The notes beneath the pieces are model-generated. The model made no database searches and was not told where the DNA came from. It was given only the letters and a program-made list of their open reading frames with translations. The position numbers and the translations under genes are program-made. From a virus, in the IMG/VR virus record IMGVR_UViG_3300028127_000003: 64,000 nt of DNA, one strand, 5' to 3'. The stretch's first letter is position 1, and the number at the start of each line of letters is the position of its first letter. Positions 39,997-50,474 of the stretch are shown here, one piece after another.

Positions 39997-40228
39997 TTAT
40001 TTTATTTTCTTGTAACTTAATTCTGAGCCACAACTGGTGAATAATTATTTCAATAGATTTTTCATCATCTTCTTCAAGTGCAGTGATGATAGTAAAGTTA
40101 TCAACTAATTTTCTAGCTCCATCTAGATGGGAAAGACTAGAACATGAATCAATCACAGTTTCGATTTTCTCTATCGCTTGAATTGACCATGTGTTAAAGT
40201 TTTCGGGTCTGAAGATAATGTTATCCAT
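39983..40228 (-). CDS. hypothetical protein
   Basis: 81 aa, first gene after a class-2 promoter. Confidence 0.75.
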   Translation of the reverse strand: MDNIIFRPENFNTWSIQAIEKIETVIDSCSSLSHLDGARKLVDNFTIITALEEDDEKSIEIIIHQLWLRIKLQENKINGSK

Positions 40229-40258
40229 ATTGTATTATACTTAAAAAAACTAAATTGT

Positions 40259-40651
40259 TTATATTTTATATTTAGATCTATACCACTTGATAAGAATACT
40301 TGCAGTGCTGTAGTTGGTAGCCAAGGGGATGTCATGGACATCGCAAAGTCTCATTAGCATTGATATATCTACATCATGTGGATGTTTATCTAGAGGGTCT
40401 CTCATGAATATTACGCCTGTGATTTCTCCTCTAACTACCATTGCCGCTATTTCAGCATCTCCACCTAGAGGACCACTTTGAACAGTAGAAACTCTATCAA
40501 TTCCAGCATGCTCTACCTTTTTCCCCGTAGTTCCTGTGGTAACTATGTCTACTGCATCACTGTTAAAGAAATCTAATCTCTTAGATACAAATGCTACCAT
40601 GTCTGCTTTTTTGTTATCGTGCGCAATTAATGCGAATCTCATCTTGTCCAT
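40259..40651 (-). CDS. mgsA: methylglyoxal synthase
   Basis: ALIAHDNKK, TGTTG, SGPLGGD, RDPLDKHPHDVD, LCDVHDIPLATN: all MgsA catalytic blocks are present. Confidence 0.95.
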   Translation of the reverse strand: MDKMRFALIAHDNKKADMVAFVSKRLDFFNSDAVDIVTTGTTGKKVEHAGIDRVSTVQSGPLGGDAEIAAMVVRGEITGVIFMRDPLDKHPHDVDISMLMRLCDVHDIPLATNYSTASILIKWYRSKYKI

Positions 40652-40718
40652 ACTCTATTAATAAAAAATGCTCTGTAGTTATACAGAGCATTCTTAAATT
40701 GTTTAAATATTTTAAAGA

Positions 40719-42590
40719 TTACCAGCTAGCAGCCCATACAAATTCAAAGTTATGTTTCTTACAAAACTTTTCAATCATATCTGAAACCTTAGCTTGAGCA
40801 GCTTCGTACTTAGCGTAATCTCTTCCATCTATAATATTATAAGCGCTTTCTCCATATTCATCAGGATGTCTTAATTCTCTTGGCTCGTCAGTCTTATAAT
40901 AAACTTTCTTTTCAGCCGTTCTAATATAAGGCATTCTTAATTCTATTCTTCTATGTGCTTTTCTTCCGCTTGCCTTTGCGATGTCATATTGCTTTTCGAT
41001 TCTTGGCTTTAATCTAGTCCATTCGGCTAATATTTTATCATTAGCTTTAAAACCTGCTAGGATAGTTTTCATGTCAAATTCTACTCCGTTTACTCTTTTG
41101 TAATCTTTGAAAACTCCAACTACATCATCCATAAATTTATCAAAGCTAGAAATAGATTGATAAGAACCATGTACAGTTCCCATACCCCAATCATCTTCTA
41201 CCTTTCCAGTTGATACTTTTTTGGTTCCATTGAATAATTTTGCAAATGAATAATTAGGTTTACGCGTTGAGTTGTTAGACTGAAACTTAAATACTTCATG
41301 TTTCCATGATTTTCCTCGAAGCTCAATGCTCAAACATAAGTTACCTCCATAATTCCATTCTGATCTATAAACTCTACATTTGAATTGAATTTTTGGAAAT
41401 TCCTTTTTTAAACGTTCAGCCATTTGTAAACCATTACCGAAGTTAGATTCTCTTTTGTATGCTTCTTTACATTCTTTAGATTTTCTAGCAATAGCTAAAA
41501 CCTTACTTATTGTATAGTATGTTTCTGAATCGAATATTTCATCATCTGTTTCTTTATCTAAAATAACATCTTCATTAATAGATTTTAAATGAGTCAGTTT
41601 AGTGGATGTTGATTCTGCAAATGCTTCAATATCCCATTGGATTCTTTGCATTGGATCATCACCTCTAAAGTTTTTCTCAACCCAATCAATAAGACCTGGT
41701 TCGAATTGGGCGTTTTGTGCCATATCATAGGCATTCTTCCAACCGTCGTTTGATGCAACGTCTTCTAACCATTGGTCATATTTCCTTTGAGTCCATCTTA
41801 CTTTCTTAACAGCTTTCTTATGAGGACCAGCTCCTAATGTTGACTTTACAGTATTATAATGGTCTGGACCAGCAAATACGCCTTCTGCCCATTCTTGATC
41901 TCTTTTATTACCGTCCCAATATTTAATTTCTTTTCTGAATCTTCTTAGTGAATAATTACCACCTTCAATTTGTTTACGCTTTGTTACTTCTCCTTGTCTG
42001 TAACCTATTTCAATCTTCTTTTCTTCGGCAGTTTTAGGATCCATTTCAAAATGTAAAGATTTTACTAAATCTGCAATACCGTCAAACTTACCTTCATTAA
42101 CCGATTCTAAAATAATAGAATTTAGCTTTACTTCTTTATTAAATCTAGCGCTGCGTACATCGTCAGTTACTTCTAACTTAACACCATACATTGCAGTTAA
42201 TTTTACCTTTACTTTTTTACCATTATGTTCTGCTTCAAATTCTTTAAATGCATTTGCCTGTCGGCCATAATCCGTAATTTCATAGTTTCCATCTTCTGTA
42301 TCAAATATAGTACCGATGCTAATTTTATTAAGAACTCTTGCACCCATCATAGATATTTTAGAAGAAGATATTGTTTTACCTTCATCAAGTGATCCGAAAG
42401 ATTCAAATGATATAATGTTTTTCATTTCGCGTTGTTTCTTTTTATTTCTCTTCTTCTTATACTCTTCTTCGGCATCTCCTTTTCCGGCTGGAATATCCCC
42501 TGATCCAACTGATGTTTCAGATGGTAAAGAGACTTCTCCCATTCCGGCCATATCGCCAAGTGATAAGTTTTCGTTTTCGTTTAATTCCAT
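40719..42590 (-). CDS. putative internal head polyprotein
   Basis: GMG.V..P...GSGD N-module, internal MKNIISFESFGSLDE/G, linkers ESVNE/G and KSINE/D. Confidence 0.6.
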   Translation of the reverse strand: MELNENENLSLGDMAGMGEVSLPSETSVGSGDIPAGKGDAEEEYKKKRNKKKQREMKNIISFESFGSLDEGKTISSSKISMMGARVLNKISIGTIFDTEDGNYEITDYGRQANAFKEFEAEHNGKKVKVKLTAMYGVKLEVTDDVRSARFNKEVKLNSIILESVNEGKFDGIADLVKSLHFEMDPKTAEEKKIEIGYRQGEVTKRKQIEGGNYSLRRFRKEIKYWDGNKRDQEWAEGVFAGPDHYNTVKSTLGAGPHKKAVKKVRWTQRKYDQWLEDVASNDGWKNAYDMAQNAQFEPGLIDWVEKNFRGDDPMQRIQWDIEAFAESTSTKLTHLKSINEDVILDKETDDEIFDSETYYTISKVLAIARKSKECKEAYKRESNFGNGLQMAERLKKEFPKIQFKCRVYRSEWNYGGNLCLSIELRGKSWKHEVFKFQSNNSTRKPNYSFAKLFNGTKKVSTGKVEDDWGMGTVHGSYQSISSFDKFMDDVVGVFKDYKRVNGVEFDMKTILAGFKANDKILAEWTRLKPRIEKQYDIAKASGRKAHRRIELRMPYIRTAEKKVYYKTDEPRELRHPDEYGESAYNIIDGRDYAKYEAAQAKVSDMIEKFCKKHNFEFVWAASW

Positions 42591-42593
42591 ATC

Positions 42594-42911
42594 TTAATAT
42601 TCAAATGGTGGAGTTCCATAATCATCTTGTTCGATGCCATACCATACTCCTGATACTTGTAAATACCACCATCCATATTTAGTGTCGTCTACTACTTTAA
42701 ATTTCTTAGGTAATTTAACAGATTTTTTTGGAGCTCTAGCAATATACTTTAAAACTGGAACACCATCGTCCCATGTTTTTTTAGTAGATCTTGCTTGAAC
42801 TGATTGTCCATCTGAAAACGCATCAAATGCTTTTGCATCTTCTATTTCATCTGCTAATAAATCGATAGCTGATTCATTAATGTATTGTTCAAATAATTTT
42901 ACTTTTTTCAT
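42594..42911 (-). CDS. putative internal head protein
   Basis: N-terminus MKKVKLFEQYINE/S. Confidence 0.6.
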   Translation of the reverse strand: MKKVKLFEQYINESAIDLLADEIEDAKAFDAFSDGQSVQARSTKKTWDDGVPVLKYIARAPKKSVKLPKKFKVVDDTKYGWWYLQVSGVWYGIEQDDYGTPPFEY

Positions 42912-42912
42912 T

Positions 42913-44247
42913 TTACCAAACTATGTTTTTATTATCCCATTTAGCCATTCTTTGCTTAAGCTCTAGTGCTTTACGCTTAGCATCTCTCATATACCAAGAA
43001 CTTGATGAACCGAATTTTTCTTCTTCAGTTTTCATATTAACGTATGCTGAAACATATCCTTGATAATCTGACAATATATTTGCAATATAATTGGTTAAAT
43101 CTCTAGGTCTAATTTCTCTTCCTTTAGGGTCTTTTCCTATTGTTAATTCGTTATAGTTTCCTAATTCTTTTTTAGCTAAACCAGCCATTAAGAATTGGTG
43201 TGCATCTTCGATAATTTCTTTAACTTTCTTGTCTATTTTATCTGGGTTATCAGCTTTCTTCGCAAGAATATCGTTATACCTTGTTAAGTTATCCTCTTTG
43301 ATTTTCTTAGGGTTTGTAAGTGCAGTAGCTCCAGATTTTGCCTCTGCTCTTGCAGATGTCTTATCATCGGTAGATAAAGAAGCTCTTAATGTGTCTAAAT
43401 TAATAATGTAACATTCGTCAGACATTTCCGCAATTCTTTTAATGTTACCTAATCCCGTTCCACTATATTGGTTGTGTGATTTGTTAACACCGACAGTATC
43501 TTTAGATCCAGGGTATTTACCCATGTTCTTAAGTCTTCTTGTGTTTTTCTTACCACCTATTGTGTCGCTGTTTCTATTCCATATTGAATCGTTCTGAAAC
43601 ATTTCATTTTTTCCATTAGAAACAGCTAATAAACAATTTCCAGGAATCATTTCAACATATCTTCCGGAAGAAGGAGCATATTCATTTTCTTTTTCATTTC
43701 TAGAAATCCAAAATACAATTACGTTTCCGAATGTTTTTGCTTTCTTATAAACTTCAACTGGGTTGCTATTAGAAATTATCATATCATCGGTAACTTTATC
43801 TAGTGCTACTTTAGCAAGACCGTATATACCTTTAATTAATTCCTTACCACCTTTTTTGATGTCTATTAATCCTCTTAACTTGGAAGAAGCTAGAGCTTCA
43901 TTAAGTTCTAAAGATTCAGTTGCTCTGTATTTTGCAAATTTACCCTTTTTAATTGTTTTAACTAATTCAGCTTCGCTATCGTCCATGTGACCATATACAT
44001 CATTATGTGTTGCTGCGTTTACTATTTCACCAGCATCACCAATAAAATAAGTTCCTCCTGCATATTCGTCTCCATCCATATCTAGATCAAAACCACCGGA
44101 ATCTAATGAATTTTTAGAAATTGTGAATTCTTTTCCGTCTGCTTTTGAAAGAGCAGCTGCTAATTTTTTTGCTATTTTAGCAGTATCTTTCTGCTTCATA
44201 ACCTTTGCTTCATTGATAAAATTATCGAAGTTAGTATATAGTTTCAT
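42913..44247 (-). CDS. putative internal head polyprotein (two modules)
   Basis: MKLYTNFDNFINE/A and linker ESLELNE/A. Confidence 0.6.
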   Translation of the reverse strand: MKLYTNFDNFINEAKVMKQKDTAKIAKKLAAALSKADGKEFTISKNSLDSGGFDLDMDGDEYAGGTYFIGDAGEIVNAATHNDVYGHMDDSEAELVKTIKKGKFAKYRATESLELNEALASSKLRGLIDIKKGGKELIKGIYGLAKVALDKVTDDMIISNSNPVEVYKKAKTFGNVIVFWISRNEKENEYAPSSGRYVEMIPGNCLLAVSNGKNEMFQNDSIWNRNSDTIGGKKNTRRLKNMGKYPGSKDTVGVNKSHNQYSGTGLGNIKRIAEMSDECYIINLDTLRASLSTDDKTSARAEAKSGATALTNPKKIKEDNLTRYNDILAKKADNPDKIDKKVKEIIEDAHQFLMAGLAKKELGNYNELTIGKDPKGREIRPRDLTNYIANILSDYQGYVSAYVNMKTEEEKFGSSSSWYMRDAKRKALELKQRMAKWDNKNIVW

Positions 44248-44281
44248 TTTATATTGTTTTGTTTATAATAGTATATATCTT

Positions 44282-47200
44282 TTAATGTAAGGAATCATGT
44301 GCTAATTCATTAGCTAAGTCTGGATTATCATCTGTGAAATCTGATAATTCTTCGTCAGTCATTTCTTTTCCATTAGAATATTCACCATAACTAAAGAATG
44401 CATCTGTGAAATCTGGATAATCTTTCATATCAACATCTTCCATTTCTAATGAACTAATATCTACTTTCTTTCCTTTAAATTTAATATAATTAGCTTCGTT
44501 AATAAAAGATTCTAATGTTAAACTAACAACTGGTTTAATTCCAGTTAATATTCTTTTTCCAAATTTAGAAAGACCAATTCCATTTTCACTTACTGTAAAG
44601 TATTTAGAATTTCTTCTCATCCATCTTTTATTATCGATTGATTTTTCTTTTAGAATATTATTGAATTCTTCTTCTGTTAATACACCATCCGCTAATGCCT
44701 CGATCATTGCGTTTCTGACTTTAGCAGTTCTACCTGAAGTTTGTGCAGGATGATTATCGGTATATCTTCTTTTTATTTGAATTTTAGATTCTCTAAGACC
44801 CGGTTTCATTACGTTTAATTCCCACCACTGTTCTAATTGGTGATAAATATTTGCACCCATGTTTGAAATCATGAAGTCAATTACATCATCATAATTGTCT
44901 TTTTCATCTTGATAAAAACCAGGAGTATCGATATATTCTTTACCCATTATCTTTCTAACTGCTCTTTCTGGCATAGCATCGATTTCTTTTAAAAATTCTT
45001 CGAAATCTTCATCGTTTTTAAAACCCTTAGCTTCAATAACCATTGATTCCATTAGGCCAATAGCAATCTCTCCAACTTCTCTATCGCCGCCGTCAACATA
45101 TCTTTTGTTAAGTATTGCAAATTTAAAACCATCTGCTTTTATCGTATACATTGGCATCATACTATCACTATAGTCGTATTTGTATTTACCTGCTTTTAAT
45201 TCTTTACCGATTGCAAAGAAATCTTTAGCTTTACCTACTAAATCTGCAAGATTATCTAAGTGGTCACCGGCGTCGTCCTTTTCATTAACTAATGATTCAT
45301 AAACTCCTTTTTCAATGTTCTTGATTAAGAGTTTAGCACCCTTCTTGTCAAGTTCATTTTGAATAAAGTCCATCATTTCGTTGGGATCTTCAGCATCTAT
45401 ACCAAATTCAGATGCTAAGTTTTGATATGCATCAAATTCCATATTAGAAATAGTGTCTTCTAAGTCTGCATACACATCTTCATTAACTGCTGATTCTACC
45501 ATTACTAGCCCTATATCCTTATATGCTATTTCATGCTCTCCACCGTCTTGATCTAGTGCAAATACTGATTTATCATGCCACATTGCAGCATTGTCATCGT
45601 TATTAGAATCAGGATTATAAATGATATATTCTTTTCCGTTTCCGGTTTGAATCATTGCATCATCTGCATCTCCTAATTTTTTTAATAATGACTTTTTAGT
45701 ATACCTTTCTTCAACAGCTTCACCTGACGTATATTCAAAATCATTATATAGTGCCTTTAACCATTCTAAAAACTCTGGAGTTTTCTTCATTACTTTCTTA
45801 TGTCCGTATTCTTTAAAGAATTCTTTCTGAAAAGTATCAAATGATTTGTGATTACCTATCATTTGGTGAATGTCAGACATAACACCCTCACTGATAACTA
45901 ATTTTACATCTTTGTTTTTACCAGCTACTGCATCATCTAGTTCATTTGTAAGAGCTTTCTTTTTTGCTGTTAAATCTATTAGCTGCTGTCTAGTTGCTGC
46001 TTTCTCATCACTTCCATCTTCCGCAGCGATGTATATCTTTACAATATCTTTCATCTTATTAACTGTTTCTCCAAATTCCTTTGAAATCTTGTTAATAGAT
46101 CTAGCTTCTAATATATTAGATTCTTCAATGTATTCTCCTAATTCAGGATCGTCCCATCCATTAGGATCGGCTAATACTGATTGTAAATCTTCTCTTGAAC
46201 CTGTCATTTCAACTTCTGGCCAATTGCCACCAGGGCCGTTCATTGTTAAAACTTTCATTTTAACATTATATTTCTTTAAAAGCTTTTTGAGTGTTTTTGA
46301 TTTAGGATCTATTGCATCCATTACTACAGTAGCTTCATTTAAATTTTCGTCTAGCTTATCAAAGAATCCACCATGTTCACTTTGTAAATCTTCACCATAC
46401 TTGTCGTCCCATATTTTAGCTAATTCATCTTTAGTAATTTTACCTTTATATTTTCCCATGATTTCAACATAGACACTACCATATTCATATTCAAAATCTT
46501 CACCATAAGAAAAATCCCATGCCTTTTCAACATCTTTAATTGTAAGCTTTTTGGCTTCAGTAACCTTTGATTCATACCATCCGTTTTCGTAATCGTCATC
46601 ATCTTCATAATCATCATACTCAGGTTCTTGATACCATGATTGATTTGGATCAGATTCTGCTTCTTCAGTAAAGTCATGTCTTTTCCAATTAAATCTTGGA
46701 TCTTCAACTAATGCAGGGAATAATGTCTTTTTCTTTTTATCTTTGGTCTTTATTTTACCGAATGCTAAATCAATACCAAGTTGTCTTAATTCTTTAAATG
46801 AACCTTTCATTGTTTTAACATCTTCTTCAGTATATCCATTCATTGTAGCAACAAGATCATAATAATCCATTCCACCAAATTCACCATATCCTTCATAATC
46901 CTTTTCCGTCCACTTGTTACCCATATTATCATACATAAATACTGTAATCATGTTCTGTCTTTCAGAACCTATTTGTGTGTTTGTATCGGATGTAAGCCAT
47001 GAAAATTGACCTTCAACTATCATCTGTTCATGTAACAATTGAGCACCAGTCGTTACAATGTTTAAATAGCTTTCAGGAATTCCATTTACAAAGTTATGTA
47101 ATTCTGGTTCGAAATCTGGCATACCACATGCATATCTTGGATATGTTGCTCCTTCTGTATTTACAAGAATACTCATTCCATAATACTCTCCAAGCTCACC

Positions 47201-47500
47201 TGATTCAGTGTTACAATATAATACAAATACCTGTGGCACTTGAACTTTAAAGTTAGATTGTAATGGATATTCGTTATGACATCCTAATTCTTTAGTAGTG
47301 TATACGTCTAAGGAATGTAATTCTTTATCATATTTAGTTAATTCTCTATATGGAATAGAAGCTCTTTGGTTAAATAGATCTCCCCAATAAGAAGGCTTTC
47401 TCAAGGAATATTTCCCAGAAACCTTTTTGTATACTTTATATAAATCAACGTTTTCGTTCATTGAATTTACAAAGCTTTCGAATGTTTTTTTAGTGCTCAT
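44282..47500 (-). CDS. putative internal head polyprotein (about 10 modules)
   Basis: MSTKKTFESFVNSMNE/N plus repeated linkers ESKVTE, ENLNE, ESNILE, ESAVNE, ESLVNE, ESMVIE, ESFINE. Confidence 0.6.
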   Translation of the reverse strand: MSTKKTFESFVNSMNENVDLYKVYKKVSGKYSLRKPSYWGDLFNQRASIPYRELTKYDKELHSLDVYTTKELGCHNEYPLQSNFKVQVPQVFVLYCNTESGELGEYYGMSILVNTEGATYPRYACGMPDFEPELHNFVNGIPESYLNIVTTGAQLLHEQMIVEGQFSWLTSDTNTQIGSERQNMITVFMYDNMGNKWTEKDYEGYGEFGGMDYYDLVATMNGYTEEDVKTMKGSFKELRQLGIDLAFGKIKTKDKKKKTLFPALVEDPRFNWKRHDFTEEAESDPNQSWYQEPEYDDYEDDDDYENGWYESKVTEAKKLTIKDVEKAWDFSYGEDFEYEYGSVYVEIMGKYKGKITKDELAKIWDDKYGEDLQSEHGGFFDKLDENLNEATVVMDAIDPKSKTLKKLLKKYNVKMKVLTMNGPGGNWPEVEMTGSREDLQSVLADPNGWDDPELGEYIEESNILEARSINKISKEFGETVNKMKDIVKIYIAAEDGSDEKAATRQQLIDLTAKKKALTNELDDAVAGKNKDVKLVISEGVMSDIHQMIGNHKSFDTFQKEFFKEYGHKKVMKKTPEFLEWLKALYNDFEYTSGEAVEERYTKKSLLKKLGDADDAMIQTGNGKEYIIYNPDSNNDDNAAMWHDKSVFALDQDGGEHEIAYKDIGLVMVESAVNEDVYADLEDTISNMEFDAYQNLASEFGIDAEDPNEMMDFIQNELDKKGAKLLIKNIEKGVYESLVNEKDDAGDHLDNLADLVGKAKDFFAIGKELKAGKYKYDYSDSMMPMYTIKADGFKFAILNKRYVDGGDREVGEIAIGLMESMVIEAKGFKNDEDFEEFLKEIDAMPERAVRKIMGKEYIDTPGFYQDEKDNYDDVIDFMISNMGANIYHQLEQWWELNVMKPGLRESKIQIKRRYTDNHPAQTSGRTAKVRNAMIEALADGVLTEEEFNNILKEKSIDNKRWMRRNSKYFTVSENGIGLSKFGKRILTGIKPVVSLTLESFINEANYIKFKGKKVDISSLEMEDVDMKDYPDFTDAFFSYGEYSNGKEMTDEELSDFTDDNPDLANELAHDSLH

Positions 47501-47520
47501 TTTTATTTGTATTTGTTTAT

Positions 47521-48600
47521 TTAAACTCGGTTAGGCTTTATTTTATATTTAAATTTACCTTGTGTAATAGAATATATTTGTAATTCGCTAGTTTTTCCAG
47601 GTAATTTCTTGTAATAGTGAAAAGCTACTATTTCATGATCTTTAGACTCTATAAAAAGGAATGGAGTAGGTATATCTCCTACTGCTGAAATTACATCGTC
47701 TTGTATTTCAGTAAATGTTCTAACGGAAGGCTCAGTCTCTATTATACTTTTAATTTTTTCTGCAGTTTTAGAGTCACTTAGCTTTCCTAATTCTACGTCA
47801 TTAAATTTAATTACTAATGCGCCGTTATCTTTATCTCCAGGACCTATTTTAAAATCTCTTTCACTAGAAGAAAGGGCCTGAATATCTGTCTTAGTTAAAT
47901 TTTGAATATGCTTAAATCTTTTTCCACCTACAGTTCCCCATTCATTTATCCAACCTCCACCGGCAGCCATATCTTTACCATCTCCGTCCGGGTTGATTTC
48001 TTCAATATTATATTTTACTGCGTCATATAATGCCGTTAACTTCGGTACATAAGTACTATTAATTCCCTGGTGTTTTGCACCTGTTCTCCAATTTTGTAAC
48101 ATGCCCTTTGACATTTGAGCTTCTTTTAACTCACATTTACCAAGGGGTGGTTTAATTGGTGACCACCTTTCATTATATAATTCTAAGTCAGTATCGGCCG
48201 CACCTCCACCTATTTTTATATTTTCTACAATATACGCTAGCATTATTTCTCCAGCACCAATTCCATTATCGTCTCTTCCAATATTAAACAATTCGTTTGC
48301 TTCGCTTTTATTTAACATTAAATATTGAAAAACTACTCCGAATGTATCGTCATCCATTTTAGAAAGCCATAACCTGCCATCAGGTTGTTGTTTAACATCC
48401 TGTGTTGAAGTAAACTTAACACCTTGCCATGGACACTTATTCTTTTTAAATGTTCTATTAATTGAATTAAATAAATTCTGTTGGGCAGATTTACTTCCGG
48501 TCGTTGCAACTCCAATATAGGATTCTATAATTAACGCTTCATTTTCAGCGTTGGTTTTTGCAGCACTATGTAGTGCTCTTTCAAAATCGTACCTATCCAT
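47521..48600 (-). CDS. putative PD-(D/E)XK endonuclease
   Basis: GAGEIMLAY...GGGAADTDLEL...CELK pattern; N-terminal linker ALIIE/S. Confidence 0.5.
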   Translation of the reverse strand: MDRYDFERALHSAAKTNAENEALIIESYIGVATTGSKSAQQNLFNSINRTFKKNKCPWQGVKFTSTQDVKQQPDGRLWLSKMDDDTFGVVFQYLMLNKSEANELFNIGRDDNGIGAGEIMLAYIVENIKIGGGAADTDLELYNERWSPIKPPLGKCELKEAQMSKGMLQNWRTGAKHQGINSTYVPKLTALYDAVKYNIEEINPDGDGKDMAAGGGWINEWGTVGGKRFKHIQNLTKTDIQALSSSERDFKIGPGDKDNGALVIKFNDVELGKLSDSKTAEKIKSIIETEPSVRTFTEIQDDVISAVGDIPTPFLFIESKDHEIVAFHYYKKLPGKTSELQIYSITQGKFKYKIKPNRV

Positions 48601-50464
48601 TGTTTTCTAAAAATTGTTTAAATGTTAATAATGATTCAGCAACTTCATTTGATTCTGAAGTACCTACTGAATCTTCTAATTTTTTCTTAAGTTCGCCATA
48701 CATTTTATGTAATGCTTTGGGTGTTGTTGACTTAAATAATCCTTCATCTCCGTCTAGCATTGCGTTTCTAACCTGAGTCGCTGAAATATTATTGTCTGTT
48801 CTTGGAATTTCAAATAATCCAAAATCACTCCTAACTCCAAGATCTTCTCTATAAGAATCTTTATTTACTTGGAATCCGTAAGTTTTCATTCTATCGCTTC
48901 CTGTTCCCCATAATACGGGTTCATAAGTTGGTCTCATTGCATTGAACATTGTATCAATACCTCCGGTTGGAATTACAAAGATTTCTTTTAAGAATGGATA
49001 TTGTTTTTGAACCGCCTTAAACATATCTAATTGTGTCTTCTCATCATAAGGTCTTTTAAATGCATCTTCCTTTTTCTTATTCTTTGCTTTTACTAATAAA
49101 ACAACCACAGGATATCCATTTTCTTTGTGTATAGTTTCTAATACTTTAGCATGTCCAAGTGTAAATGGTTGGAATCTACCAACAAACATATTTACTAATT
49201 CTCCTCCTTGTTCAGGATGATCTACTTTAAGTGCTTCATTTAAATTAACACTTGTCTTTACTTTATTATGTAATATGAAATTATTAAAGTCGTATATGGA
49301 ATTTTCATCGGTATTCTCTACAAATACTTTCTTATCTATAGTTTCTACTATTTGATTTAAATGCTCTAACATTTCTGCATTTATGATATCGCTTTCCTTG
49401 CTTCTCTTTTTTCTAAAAGAACCTAAAGTTATTTTAAATAATTCTGCAAGTATTTCGTTTTCAACATAAGAAAGAGTGGTCTCGTTCTTAATGTATTTAG
49501 TATTTAGTTTAAAGGAATCTGAATCTGCAAAATCAGCTGATTCAAAGTTAACACCAATAAACTTAGCAGAGTGTTCTTTAACATACGTATTAAACATCAC
49601 TGACATTAATTCAATATATCTCCAGTCTGCTGTTTCTTCATTTAGTTGAATGTCTTTCATTTCAAATGTAGAAATAAATTCAATAAGACCAGCAATAGTA
49701 ATTTGATACATGTGGCTTGATCTCTTATTTTCACTAACAGTTCTTGTAAAATCTTCTAATTTAAAAGATCTAGATTTTTTCTCATCAATAAAAGAAACTA
49801 TTAATCCGTCAATTTCTACTTCAAAGTCTTCATTTAACGTAGGAGAAACTGCATTTGGATTAAATGTCTTAATCATCTTTTGAGTGAAAGGTAATCTTGC
49901 ATCTGTATTTGGATCATAATCAAATGCTTCAGAAAACTCCTTATCTGACATAGATAAAACACTTATTAATTCTTCTTTTTGCATTTGAGATAGCATACCA
50001 TCAAACACAATGCTAGGTCCTTGAACCTCTAATATCTTTGCCCATTTATTTAATATAATTGGATCGCTAATTGTTTTTCTAATCTTACCTGACTCATTCA
50101 TAGTTTGAATGTGCGTAAGTATTAAATTGTTTTTAGGTAGTTTAGTATATTTATATTCTGACACGTTTAATTCAGGTAAATATTCAAAACCAAATTTCCA
50201 ATCATGTGGCATTTGTTCCTTTATACTAGGATCTAAACTTTGGATGTGCTTGACACCTGTTTCATATAAACCTACTATTGTTCTGTCTATCATGTTCATT
50301 CTAGAATCTCCAGATTTGTAATATTCAAATTTAGTCTGGTTTCTTCTAACGTGAAATGAAGCTCCTTGTATTTTTTCAGTTACTAGAACCCTGCTATTCA
50401 ACATATCTTGAAATGCATTGATATTAGTTTCCTGAAATACTTGTCTTAGTTTTTTAAGTGCCAT
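48593..50464 (-). CDS. RNA-ligase-fold nucleotidyltransferase fused to a (T/H)xGH nucleotidyltransferase
   Basis: TEKIQG (motif I), DGLIV...FKL (motifs IV/V); C-terminal FVGRFQPFTLGH...GSDR...ISATQVR. Confidence 0.7.
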   Translation of the reverse strand: MALKKLRQVFQETNINAFQDMLNSRVLVTEKIQGASFHVRRNQTKFEYYKSGDSRMNMIDRTIVGLYETGVKHIQSLDPSIKEQMPHDWKFGFEYLPELNVSEYKYTKLPKNNLILTHIQTMNESGKIRKTISDPIILNKWAKILEVQGPSIVFDGMLSQMQKEELISVLSMSDKEFSEAFDYDPNTDARLPFTQKMIKTFNPNAVSPTLNEDFEVEIDGLIVSFIDEKKSRSFKLEDFTRTVSENKRSSHMYQITIAGLIEFISTFEMKDIQLNEETADWRYIELMSVMFNTYVKEHSAKFIGVNFESADFADSDSFKLNTKYIKNETTLSYVENEILAELFKITLGSFRKKRSKESDIINAEMLEHLNQIVETIDKKVFVENTDENSIYDFNNFILHNKVKTSVNLNEALKVDHPEQGGELVNMFVGRFQPFTLGHAKVLETIHKENGYPVVVLLVKAKNKKKEDAFKRPYDEKTQLDMFKAVQKQYPFLKEIFVIPTGGIDTMFNAMRPTYEPVLWGTGSDRMKTYGFQVNKDSYREDLGVRSDFGLFEIPRTDNNISATQVRNAMLDGDEGLFKSTTPKALHKMYGELKKKLEDSVGTSESNEVAESLLTFKQFLENNG

Positions 50465-50474
50465 ATTATATTAT

